Shown here piece after piece: positions 1-12,245 of a DNA stretch of 64,000 nt. The position numbers were made by a program, and so were the translations under genes. Source of the DNA: Paragordius varius (Eukaryota > Animalia > Nematomorpha); NCBI GenBank assembly GCA_964247055.1, contig OZ176052.1, positions 4,092,001 to 4,156,000 on the forward strand, given 5' to 3'. The stretch's first letter is position 1. The number at the start of each line of letters is the position of its first letter. Under the pieces are notes generated by a model. It was not told the DNA's origin. It did no database searches and was given only the letters and a program-made list of their open reading frames with translations.

Positions 1-135
1 AGAAATGCTGATATAAACAGTCCTTCCGAACCAGAAGATCTTATGATATATTTATCTACGATGATTGTTATTTTTCTTTATAACAATAATTTTACAAGTT
101 AAAAAACATTTTTTGTTAAATTGTATTTTTATCAC

Positions 136-180
136 TCGCGACCCCAAATGGGGTCGCGACTCATAGTTTAAGAAGCCCTG
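136..180 (-). mobile_element. Terminus of a hAT/Charlie-type MITE (minus strand reads CAGGGCTTCTTAAAC...) with a perfect 10-bp palindrome TCGCGACCCC-AAAT-GGGGTCGCGA
   Basis: Palindrome at 136-159 is seen directly. The CAGGG terminus followed by a GC hairpin is typical of hAT-Charlie MITE ends. The other end was not identified. Confidence 0.55.
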
Positions 181-834
181 GCCTATAGTGTTAGCGATTT
201 AAAAATTAAAGAAAAAAAAATAACAGCGAAAAAGTTTGAGATGAGGATTTTTACAATTTTACATAATTCATTTTTTTAAATCACACAGTGTACAAAATCG
301 GATATCATGAAAAAATATCTTGATGAAATGATTATATTCTGATAGAATGTAAGGTTATTTACATTTTTGCGGCAAGTTCTCCATATCAGAAAAAGCCAAG
401 AATTGCGCACATTTTTTTTAATTAACTTTTTTGGTAAAAGCTAAAGGCTTTCCAAAAAATATAATATATATTATGAGCAACCTATAAAAGGCAAAACAAT
501 ATTTTTTTAAAAAAATAAATTTTTGGTGGCTCCGTAAGTCACATTTTTTATGCTCTCCTAAAAAGGCTAGTTTTCTAAAATAAAACGAATGCAGAGCTTG
601 CGTGTTAAAAATGTCTCGCTTTTTCACGATTATATAAAAAAAAATTTTTTTTAATACATATAAATTTTTTTTATCCGTTTAAATTTTTTATCATTAATAT
701 CTTTAAAATCTATTCAATTTTAAATTAAAATTTTTTAATTTTAAATTAAAAATATTTATTTTTTTCGAATTTATATCATATGATTATACACTTGGCTTCC
801 TACTACTACTGTCATCGTTATCAAAAAGCCAAGT

Positions 835-1082
835 TAATACCACAAATCGGTAGCTTAAAAGACAAATTGATACCACAAATCGGTACCTTACATGTTTATT
901 CCAGAAAATTAAGGTAATATAATATTTATTATACTAATATTTTAGTTTTATTAACTTGCCAACATTATTAAAAAACCAAATTAATACCATAAATCGGTAG
1001 CTTAAAAGACAAATTGATACCACAAATCGGTACCTTACACGTTTATTCCAGAAAAGGTAATATAATATTTATTATACTAATA
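835..1082. repeat. Two-copy direct duplication (period 147 bp) just upstream of the hAT ORF
   Basis: TAATACCA(C/T)AAATCGGTAGCTTAAAAGACAAATTGATACCACAAATCGGTACCTTACA... starts at 835 and again at 982. Confidence 0.85.
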
Positions 1083-1095
1083 GTAGTTTATAAAT

Positions 1096-2924
1096 ATGAG
1101 CACAAAAAGAGGTTGTAAATTCAGCGATGAATTAATGAAAGATTTTATCAAAAAAAACGAAGAATGAATCATCTGTTAAATGTCTTATATGCGAGGGGGA
1201 ATTCACTCTAGCACATGGTGGCAAGCATGATATTACCAAGCATGTGGAAACACAGAAACATATAAAATGTTTAGATATGGCGGCATCCTCTTACAAAATG
1301 AGCGATTTTTTTCGAAAAACCGCTTTTGGAGAGGAAGAAAAGAATTTGGCACTAGCTGAGGGCGTGTTATGTTTTCACGCAGTTAATCACAATCATTCCT
1401 TTCGATCTATGGACTGTATCTCACAGGTTATTCGCACGTTATTCCATAAAAAATTTACATGTGCCCGTACAAAGGCTGAAGCCATGTGCAATGTCCTTTC
1501 GCCACATGCATTTTCTGAAATACAAAAAGATTTGCTGAAAATTAAATTCTTATCCCTATACTCTGATGCATCAAATCACCATGAAACAAAATTATTTCCC
1601 ACTAAGATATTTTGATTCAGAAACCAAAGTAAAAATTAAAATTTTAGATTTAATTTCTCTACCCGGTGAAAATTTCGAAATAATATTTACTTCAGTAATG
1701 CATATTCTAGAAAAAAATAATTTAAAAGACAAAATTATCGCATATTGCGCTGACAACACAAATACGAACTTTAGTAGAAAAGTAAGGAGGGGAACAAAAA
1801 ATATTTTTCATAAATTAATAGATAATCTTAATCAAAACATTATTGGCGTTGGATGTGCAGCGCATATAATACACAACGCTATTCAAACAGCTGCTGATTT
1901 GTTACCCCTAGATGTGGAAAATGTAGCTGTTAAAATATATTCCTATTTTTATCTATAAACAGTACGTGTTGAAACGCTTAAAGAATTCTGTGAAAATGCA
2001 GAAGTTCAATATCAAAAAATGCTTGGATATTGTAAAACTCGTTGGTTAGCTTTTATGCCAGCTATCGAAAGAATTTTAAAAATGTATGATCCTTTAAAAT
2101 TATTTTTTTATCACAGGACAAATGTCCTACAACTTTAAAAAACTTTTTTGAAAGTGATTCTTTAAAAATATGGTTACAAGCTTTCTCTTTCAAAATGTTA
2201 TTAAATTTATAGAAGGTGACAAAATTTCGGGAATCGAAGTAGCCAATGAAGTTAGTAACCTAAAATTCCAATGTCAAGAACGGTTAAAAAATAATTTTAT
2301 TCCATTAACCATCCGCAATATAATAAATAATTTAGAAAAACAAGGCTTAATAAATAGCCAGATATCCTGTACCATATAAAAATGTTTTATACAAACTGTA
2401 AAGATTATTGGAAGACTGAACGACGCAATTCAATGAAATTGAGCATTTTCATTGGATAACAATAAAATCAGAATTTAATTGGTGCGATGTTCAAAAATCA
2501 TTTGATTATATCTGCTCCCAAAAATTCTCAAAAAGTGATCTTTCAGAAAATGATCTTTTTTCTGAAGTATCATAAGTTAAAAGATATATTAATAATTAAA
2601 AACTTTAATTATGGACAAAAGAAAAATATACAGTAGAAAAGAAATGGTTAGAAATATTTCATCATTTTGAAGCCAACTATATTACATACAATAATATTTT
2701 AAAAATTGTGGAATTTGCACTATCTTTACCTGGAACCAACGCTGCTACTAAGCGCGTTTTTTCCACAATAATCAGGTGTGGACATCGGAAAAATCAAATT
2801 TAAATGTTGAAACTTTAAAGGCCGTTTTATCTGTCAAATATAATTTGACAAATTCTTGTCAAGACTTTTACAATATTTTAATGATGACAATCTGCTAAAA
2901 CGCATTCACTCAAACAAAAAATAA
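1096..2924 (+). pseudogene. hAT-superfamily transposase, disrupted by frameshifts and stops
   Basis: ATG at 1096, then a BED-like zinc finger (KCLICEGEF..HGG.HD..KH), a DDE core (SDASNH, YCADNTN, GCAAHIIHN, TRWLA) and a C-terminal hAT dimerisation motif (LPGTNAA..RVFS...LNVETLKA). Track ORFs 1244-1615, 1566-1958 and 2170-2379 are pieces of it. Confidence 0.9.
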
Positions 2925-2987
2925 CCAAAGAATAAAATATTTTCTTATATTTATAAAGTTTTTATGTTAAAAAATAAACAAAATTAC

Positions 2988-3928
2988 TTAAAATATTGTA
3001 TAAGTCTTCATAATTTGAATTATATTTGAACACATAAAATGGCTTTTATTCAACATTTAAATTTGATTCCGTGTCCTTACTTAATTTACTGCGGAAAAAC
3101 GCGTTCAATAGCAGTGGATCAGGTAAAGATAATGCAAATTCTACAATTAAAATATTATTGTATGGAACATAATTTGTTTAAAAATGATTATTTTAACCAT
3201 TTTTATCCTACGTATTTTTTTCTGTTGTCCATAATGTAAGTTTTCATTCAATATATTTATTTAAATAATGAGACTTCATAAAAAAGTGTCATTGTGCACC
3301 GTCTTGTCTTCCAAATAATCGTTTCTGTTTGTATAAAACATTTTTATATTCTGGCTATGAGTCTTGTTTTTCTGGATGCTTTATAATATTGCGATTAGGT
3401 AATAGTTAAAATTATTTTCCAACCTTTTTTGACTTGGAATTTTGACCTTGGTCCTGTGATAAAAAATAGGATTCTAGGAGATCACATTTTTATAAATATT
3501 TCAATCGCTGGTAAAAGAGCTAACCAACAGTTCTACAATATCCAAGCATTTTAACATCATTTTCCACATCCAGGGGTAACAAATCACTAGCTGTTTGAAT
3601 AGCGTTGTGTATCTGCCAATAATGTTTTGATTATGATTCGCTAAATTGTTAAAAATATTTTTGTGCCGCTTCTTGCATCACCCAGCGCACTTTGTGATGA
3701 TTTCGTCTTTATTATTTTTTTTCTAGAATATTACAATTTCACCCTTTGTTCGTGCACATGTAAATTTATTGAATAAGGGACAAACAAGGTACAAATTTTT
3801 TTATATTTATAATGTATTTGTGTTAAAAATTAATAAATATTACAATAAATTTTTTGTATAAAAATTTTTGGTGTACCCCCCCTCTCAGATTTGTCCCGCT
3901 TTTTCCTTCAAAAAATCTGGTCACCTTA
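2988..3928 (-). mobile_element. Inverted, heavily micro-deleted copy of a related hAT (Blackjack-type) element, ending in TIR TAAGGTGACCAGA
   Basis: The reverse complement matches blocks of 1440-2880 in order (e.g. ACACAACGCTATTCAAACAGCT, GTTGGTTAGC, ATCTTTACCTG, TCAAATTTAAATGTTGAA). CTGGTCACCTTA at 3917-3928 and nearby GGGACA motifs resemble Blackjack ends. Confidence 0.8.
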
Positions 3929-5739
3929 TATATGCTAAATATTGATATCAACTAAAAATATTTTTAAAAATACATATTTTTTTAAAAATTTAATTTTAAC
4001 AAAATTTTGAAACGTATTTTATATTATTTTGATGCATTATGGAAAGGGATAAAGGTTTTAAGTCAGTCACCTCAGAATTTTGCTTTAAGCATTCATTCGG
4101 CTTAAAGATTATATTATTTTAAATTTGTGTTTTTTTACATTCACCAAAATTTTGAAGCAAACGAAGCTTTAATTTAAAATTTTGAGGTGGCAACATTATC
4201 GAATTTTATAGAAAAAGTGTTTTTAAAGTGGGTGGGGTGATAAAAAATTTTTTTGACTTGACTTGCAAGTTTTTCAAGTCATAGCTTGCTTTCATGCGAT
4301 AAGAAATTAAGATTAGGGCACTTAAGTCAAGCAAGCACACTTGAACAGAAGGTAATAAAAAATCATATGATTAAGAAAAACTTAAAATACAAAAACTTGG
4401 AAAAATACATTTTGGTAACTTTTTATGTATATAATTTAGATATTATATGTAATTGGAACCTTTAATCTGTTTATTTGATAATTTTAGCTAATTTTAAATA
4501 TTCAAACGGTTGGATACAGAAGAGAATAAAATGTTTGGAAAAACTGTACAAAATGTGTTTAAATAGAAATTAAAGTATCCTTTTATAATTTCTTGAATTC
4601 TTAAAATAAATATCTACAAAATCAGAAGTTTGTTTTTAATTTATTTCGGAAAAGTTTTTTCGTTTCATCAAAGTGAATCAAGAAAAGGATGCAGTAGACC
4701 CACGTGGCTAATGTTTACAGAAAACGTCACATGCTACCTTTCTCACCAGTGTAATGCATCAATGCACCTTTGTTGTTGCGGATATAGGTTGACTTATTGG
4801 CATAATTTTGTAAATATACTTGTATATTAAATGATAAAGGGAAAAGAAAGTCTTTTCAGCTATATGCTATTTATACTAATGGTTCAGTTTTATGGTATTT
4901 AATAACATTCATTTAAAGCACAACATATATAATTTTTAGCTGATTTTAACCGAAGTATATACTTATTTATCATGTTATAAGAAAAAATTTTCGTTAAATA
5001 CATTTTTTTAGAGCATTTAAGTTCGATAAGTTTTATGTTATTAACATGGTCCTAAATTCATTTTTATGTTTCTTGAGTTTAATTAAAAGTTGGCATCGAT
5101 TATAATTTTTTAATTAAATCAATTTTTTTCCGAGATTAGAAGCCCTACCGATTTTATATTTTAAATAAAAATTTAATTTTCACCAAAAATATTCGAAACT
5201 TTTCCCTTGAAACCTGTCAATATGCCGCATTCGTATAACATTTATTATCTTTTAAACTATAAATTCCACGAGTGATTTTGCCTCTATGATATACCGCATT
5301 TATATTAATTGCTAATCTGATTTGGTATCAGCATCTGAAAATTTTTTTATATTATTTATTCCTTATAAGTCAAAATCCATTTATTTATATATAAACTACA
5401 ATTGTAACTACGATTTTTTATTTTAAACTTGATTTTAAAGGTATGGACGTAACAAAAAATGTTAACTATTTATATTATAGGTACATCCGTGCCCCAAGTA
5501 GATAAAATAAAAAAATATATATAGAAGCTGAAAAAGTTTCTCAAGATGGCTAACATGCAATTTAAAGTTTTGGAATTACATTAAGAAGTGTAACTGCTTC
5601 AAAAAGAAGTTTTACTTCTAGAAAAACACAAACTTCAATAATTTTAATTCATACTATCAATTTATTTTATATTTATAATCTAATGAGAATTTAGGATAAA
5701 TTATATGAGTTTAATGGATTTACTCTCGTTTCTGTCGCC

Positions 5740-6720
5740 CTGATATTTTTTCTCTCAGAGCACTATCACTATCCGCATTGTCTTCATCATCATCATTATC
5801 ATTATATCATCAATCGTTATCACATCATCTTATCATCCTTTATATATATAGCCATGTTATATAAAACGGCGTTGCTTACAATAATATTAATTGCGGTATC
5901 CAAACGGACTCGCATTTTATTATGCAATATTGGAAACTGGCGTTTGAGTTGACCAAATACTCTTTCAATGACTACTCTCTCTTTGACGTGGAATGTATTG
6001 AATTTAGTTTGTATAAGGTTGTTAGGGTTTTAACACTTGGATACAACACACTCATTTTAGTCCTTCGATTCAAATTGGGGTAGTTAGATACCCCAGGCCT
6101 GTTTGAAATCAAATACTTTAAAGTATGGAAGCAATCGAAACCATGGCAAAATTTTGCACTTATATAACATCAATAAACCGAAATATAAAAAAAATTTTAT
6201 TCAAAAATACTTAATATTACTTATTTTGAGCTAAAACTGAAAGGTAAAAATTTAGTCAACGTGAAATGTGTCAAATTGTAAAATTAAAAAAAAATACAAA
6301 ATAAACCGCTTTTTCTATTTCTATCAATGTTAGATGTAATTTATATAAAAAATAAGCTCTAGTTTTACCCTTAAAATTAAATGAAGACGTTATTTTGCAA
6401 AATTTTTGTAAAATAAAAATGGCGTCAAAGTAGTTTGAGATGGAACTTTTTTTTCAAAACAAAATTTTATCAAGATATTTTGGCATATTTATATAATATT
6501 TATCAGGATAGAAGCATATGTTTAAAATGGGACCGTTTCCTTCAGTAGTTTTTTAAAAATTTTAATTTAAATTTAGCGGGGATTTAGATACCCCAATTTG
6601 AATCGAAGTGTTAAAATGGTGTTATTTAATATGGATTAATTTTATACCCAATATCACCCAATAGAGCGGCATTGGTATTGGCCAAAAAGGAACGTATTAT
6701 ATTGTTGCAGGAAATCCGGC
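5740..6720 (-). pseudogene. PIF/Harbinger (HARBI1-like) DDE transposase C-terminal fragment, split by a MITE at 6030-6614
   Basis: Minus strand reads LLGDIGY.INPY*ITPF (6615-6680) and, after the MITE, NPNN...FN.FHVKERVVIERVFGQLKRQFPILH...AVLYN followed by an acidic tail. The frame is collinear across the TTAA site. Confidence 0.8.
6030..6614. mobile_element. ~585-bp TTAA-flanked MITE (piggyBac-like target site), family copy 1
   Basis: Starts TTAACACTT and ends AAGTGTTAA, with sub-terminal inverted CGATTCAAATTGGGGTA/TACCCCAATTTGAATCG. Similar copies lie at 42283, 42948 and 56041. TTAA duplication is confirmed by the split Harbinger ORF. Confidence 0.85.
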
Positions 6721-7269
6721 TTAAAGTACGCCTCAACAAATTGCACATAACTTTTTGAAAAAAGTATGCATTTTAAAAAATATTTTTAGTCAAAATTTAG
6801 CATATGTTTTAAATTTTTATCGCGCAAGCTCTGCATTTCGTTTTTAAGAAAACTAGCCCATATAGGAAGAGCGAAAAAAATTAGGACTTTCGGAGCTAGC
6901 ATCCAAAAATTTTTAAAAAATATTGTTTTGTATAGGTGGTTTATGATGTATTTTAGCAATATTTTTTTGAATGAAGCATTTAGCTTTTATCAAAAAAAAA
7001 AACTTTACAAAAATTTTATTGCGATTTTCTGATACTGCTTACCACAAAAGTGAAAATTTTAAATTTGTAAGCCTTAAAACTAAAAGCACCATGAGATTCC
7101 TGATAATTTTCAATCGTAATAAATATATTACATCATAATATTTATTGGGAACACTGTGGTATGCATCTAAAAGGCAAAAAGAAACCATATTTTAAATTCG
7201 GCCTAATACCTTATCCATATTAAATCTCTCAGGGCTATAAAAATACGTTAAAAGGTCATAAAGTGTTAA
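6721..7269. repeat. Dispersed repeat of unknown class, related to 45159-45626
   Basis: Shared blocks AAGTACGC, AGTATGCATTTT..AATATTTTTAG, AAGAAAACTA.CCCATAT..AAGAGCGAAAAA..GGACTTTC, CTAAAAGGC and terminal AAGTGTTAA. Confidence 0.5.
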
Positions 7270-8794
7270 ACTATTTAAAATTTCAAAATATCAGATCACT
7301 CAAATATTAATTTATTTAATATTTATTTGCCAGTTTTTAGCGATAAATTATAAATAATTTAGGGAATAGCTCTAATTTAGTTTATTTTATTTTTAAATTT
7401 TTTAGTGTGCCTAAACGCTATAAAACGCATATAAAACCAATAACGTAGAAACATTTCACTGCACAGTTATGTGAATTAATATTTTAACTTATATAAATTT
7501 ATAGCGTTGTTAAAATATGCTCTACTTAATTTTTTTCTGCTTTAGAAATTTGCTTAACATTTATCCGTGTTTCAGATTGTTATCGATTTAAAGCTTTTAA
7601 ACTTTACAATTTTTTTTTATATGTGATAACATGCATGCATTTTAACAGAATATTAAAATGTGTGTTGCGCCCAGATTTGTTTACCTACAATGATCAGGAT
7701 TGACGATCATATTAGGGAATTAGAAACTTTTATTGATGTTACAATGGTTTATATTTCATATATTCTTACATATTAATTAATTCATTTTTTATTTATTATA
7801 TTATATAATATAGCATCAACTTATGTTATCCATTCAAGATTTTGATCCCGAAACCAATTCACAAGTGATTTTTTATTATATATATAAAATTTAATTTTAA
7901 TTGGTAATATGAATTAACACTTTATATTATTGAATCTTATTTGATTTCTTACGCTATAAAATTTTTTACATTACATATAAAGTTAACAATACACAATTAC
8001 AATAATGTTAAAACACTTTTTGCACAGGTATATATAAAGGCTCCTGGAATCTGTTTGCTTTCATTCTGATTTGATGCATATTAATTATTATAAATAACTT
8101 TTTTTGTAGCCTCTTTGTGTTAATTTTAGTTATATAATATATGTTGCATAATTATATTTTTCAAGTTCACATCTCTATAGGTGTAAATAAATTAAATATA
8201 AAATCATTTAAGCCTATTTTTAAGGATTCATTTAATAAAAATTTGCTAAGATTATATTTAAGCGGCGCGGTAGGTAGGTCGGTCAAGGCATCGAACAAGG
8301 ATTAATGTTTCAGGGTTTTTAAAGCGGAAACAAGCCTCTTTAAATAAACCGTTTTTATTTTGTTTTCTTTAGTGTGACCAAGTTTTAATTGCATAATATT
8401 ACAGTTTTGTTGCCGCGCATGTAACATATATTTTGTGGTTTATTCACCCGTAAAGTTTGTTTGAATTTAATTTTGAAGGACATTTTTTTCACTTTACATT
8501 GCTTATTACAAAACTAATTATATCATTTTATCAGGAACCTAGTTTGTAATTTGAAAGACAGTAATTATCTCTTAAATGACAGTTTTAAATTTAATTATAA
8601 ATGTACAATGATTTCCGCATTGTTTTAGCATATGAAATCCCCCTTTTATAAATTGATATTCTTTTGATTTTTAAAACTAAACTTTAATTGTAATTTTGAT
8701 ATGCATGCATGTTAATTATATAATAACTGTTTCACCTTGCATCTTATTTTAAACTATAACACATTTTTGTCATTGTTTCAATTATGCCAGGTAA

Positions 8795-8834
<40 letters not shown>

Positions 8835-11450
8835 AACTCCAAAGTTATATACGACAAGAAAATATATATTTGTAATTTACATTTAATTTTTATTTTGAAT
8901 TTGAATCATTTTGGAATTTATATTTCGTAATAATGATTTTTTTTCACTACACGAAAAAAAATAAACATGCAAATTTTTACCTGTTTCAAAGCCAAAAAAA
9001 TTAGGTTGTTGTTTTTTTTTAAATTATTTAAATAAATAAACAGTTAATGATTACTTTTTTGTTAAAATATGGATAATTTTTAAGGACAGAATTATTAGAA
9101 TTTTGCAAAAATGGAAAATTATTTTTACATTCTATGTTTTAGAGATTATGTTTCAGATGTCTTTATTGTGATTAAACATATTTTTTTAAATCTTTAAGTA
9201 TAATCCCTTAATTATACATTTCTTTCCTTAGTATAATGACAAAAATGGACTACTCTAAAGATGTAATTTTAATGAATTTGATGATTTACCAAAATAAATA
9301 TGCTTCTTTATAAATAAATATATTAAAATCTATAGCGTATGTTTTTATCTATCATTATAAAGGTTAGTTAGTATAAAGAAAAAAATTGTTAATTATTATA
9401 TAACCATGATGTGTTGTTTTAAGCTATATATTTCTGTTATCCACTTTATTATATAACAGATTGTTTTTGAACACATATTGATTATAAGGAAACAATCCTT
9501 TTTTCCATAAAATACCATATTTGTTTTTAATATTCGCCGCCACCGCCGCTTATTTCTATATCAATATTTTTTTGCGTAATATATATTTTTTTGATCATTG
9601 GTTTATTTTTATATTACAAATTATATCTGTACATATTTTCTACCTTATGGTTTACTGGCGTTTTTTTTTATAAAAAACCTTAAACAAATATTGACTTACT
9701 ATATAAATATGTGGATATAGATAGAGGCTACTTAATTTTTTTATAATATTCACCTTTTAAAAATTCACTAAATATTTTTTGACACTATATTACAATAATT
9801 ATGTTATAAAAATTTAAGTAACGCGCTTTAAAATGTTTAATATATAAATGTATTTTATTTTTTTGTGTTAGACTTGTGGGATTTTTTTGCCATATACAAT
9901 TTAATTAATTTTTATATTGCAAGGATGTGTGATAGTTTAAGTAAGTAGTCTTTATGACATTACATTAGGAAAATTGAATTGTAGACTAAAGGATGTTCCC
10001 TCTTAATGTAACAAAAACTAAATATGGAATTATTTAAAAGTATTTTAAGCTAAGGTCTTTAAGTATATAATTGTAAGCGTGAAATTTTGTATGGATAGCT
10101 TAGAAGAAAATTTTATTAAAACGCTTAAGAAACGCATTTTTTTATTAAAAAATTTAAGATTTAGTGTATGTGGTTTTTCTTTTTGTCGTATTTATGTATG
10201 AAAATTTAGGAGTTATTAAGGTTCATTAAACTTGTGCACACAATCGCTTAATAAAAGACATATCGTATTATAATAGCAATGGAGCGCACGAAAGTGACAA
10301 TATTAATAGGATTATATCTATAATGGTGGTTAATATGTGGTATATATTTATTTTAGATGTATTAAATTACTTTATAATACACAGTAATGAAACTTTTTTT
10401 TCATATTCTATAAATATCTTTAAGTATTGCCATCCTAAAACCACATTTTTTTACTTGTTCTCCGATAATTGTTGAAGCAATTACTAACAAATATGTTTTT
10501 TTCTAGAGAGGATAAATTTGGTTTAAAACAGATTTTTTAAATCTTAAAGGGCCATATTATTGGGTATTTGCTAGTACGAAGAAAATTAAAAACTGGTAAA
10601 CCAATAAAACTTCTCTTTTCTGTAATTGTGGCTTATTAGTTTTGAAAGAACTTTAAACGTTAGTAGTACGTGGTATAATTTGGGTATATTTAGTTTCCAT
10701 AAGGTCTGCCTTTAATTATGATACATTTTCTATTTGTTTAAAAAACTGATTTTTGAAACCTATAATATTATTTTTAAAGTTTAATGTTTAAAATGAATGC
10801 AAATGTACAAATGTATACTTTTAGTATTTTATACATATGATTTTATTGCTAATATATATAAATTAAACTCAATTGTATTCTAATGTCCTTATAATCTATA
10901 ATTCGCAATTGCGTATGTACTGTTTGCAGATATCGTGTATCATTGCATGATACAGTAGCGTATGGTTCAAGCAACAAATGGTTAATAATAATAAATAATT
11001 TTTCTAATGTTTTACCATTAATTCCGATTATTTAATTATGGACAAACTTTTTTTATGCCATACGCTACTGTAAAATTAGCTCATTTAAATTTGTCAGATT
11101 ATATCTGTCTCCTCCACTTTAATTGTGGCGTTTTTGTGTATTTCGTATTTATGCATTCAATGATTATCTTATCTATACAATGTGTATATATGTGTGCCTT
11201 TTTTTATCTATTGATCTTTTTTTTAATATTGATAATTTGATGAAAAAACCCTTTGTTTCTGATATAATTTTATTTTGTATCCGATATAAAAAAATAATTA
11301 TTTTATTGCATGTGGCACACGTCATTAACAGTGTTTTTAGGGCCATAAAAGTGGTATTTACAGATTTCGACTTGCTTTATTTCAAGTTTTTTTTATTCCT
11401 TAGATTTTGCAAATTATTAACAAATAGGTAAAGAATAACAAAGTAATATA

Positions 11451-11642
11451 CAGTATGAGTAAGTAGATATTGTTAGAATGTTATTTATCATTGCCAAATA
11501 GCATATGCAGCAAAGAGAATTATTATTGGCTAATAATAGTAAATAGTGAAAAAAAACTATAAGCCAATTATACTACCTTTTGTTGTATATGCTATTTGGC
11601 AATAATTAATAACTTTCTAGCAATGTATACTTACTCTTACTG
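11451..11642. mobile_element. 192-bp hairpin MITE with TA target duplication (Tc1/mariner/pogo type)
   Basis: TA|CAGTATGAGTAAGTA ... TACTTACTCTTACTG|TA, with internal inverted arms ATTGCCAAATAGCATAT/ATATGCTATTTGGCAAT. Confidence 0.8.
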
Positions 11643-12245
11643 TAAATTTAATAACAAAATTGCCGTAAACCTTATCTTAAAAGAAAAAAACATGCATAAA
11701 AAATGGTGCTGCCTATACTTTTGCATTTATACATGAATCGGTTTTTTTATTACCATGTTAAACTCTTTCAGCTGAATCATTCGATAGCTATTTGTGTTTA
11801 TAAGGATCGGTTTCAATTCTTAGTTTTAACGCAATCAAAAGTCAAAATTAAAATTGTTAAAGTTTTGAATACCATAAAATTGGGACAACTTTTGATAGCA
11901 GAAATATTTTTAACATTAATGTACTTGCGTAGTTGTCTTTAATAGTTGAACTGCATTCAAGAAGTTGTGTTTTATAAAGTACGCCCGCCCATTTCAAAAC
12001 CACAAATTCAAAAAAAAAATTGAATTTGAATTTTTGTTATAATATCAATAATTTGTTTTAGCCTGTTATTATCATATTTAAACTTACATATATATTATTG
12101 CAAAGAAAAATGTATGCATTCGGCACGTTTTTACTCTATAAAACAATTTAAATGGTTTTTTTGCTTTAATAACATACATAAAAATTCATTATCATTTACT
12201 AAATATTTATCACAAACCTAAAACTATATATTTACATTTGCTCAG

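Noticed and set aside
7690-7746. Possible first exon of the RhoGAP (MIRIDDHIRELETFIDVTM|GT, phase 0)
   Set aside because: The phase fits, but there is no homology support and it lies 4.5 kb upstream. It cannot be told from chance.
8261-8330. GC-rich GCGGCGCGGTAGGTAGGTCGGTCAAGGCATCG resembling a tRNA 5' half or SINE head
   Set aside because: No B box (GTTCRA) and no cloverleaf. At most a SINE fossil.
418-11942. Numerous 60-100 aa ORFs in the track here and in introns
   Set aside because: F/I/L/K/N-rich compositions expected from AT-rich non-coding DNA or TE debris, with no motifs or exon support.
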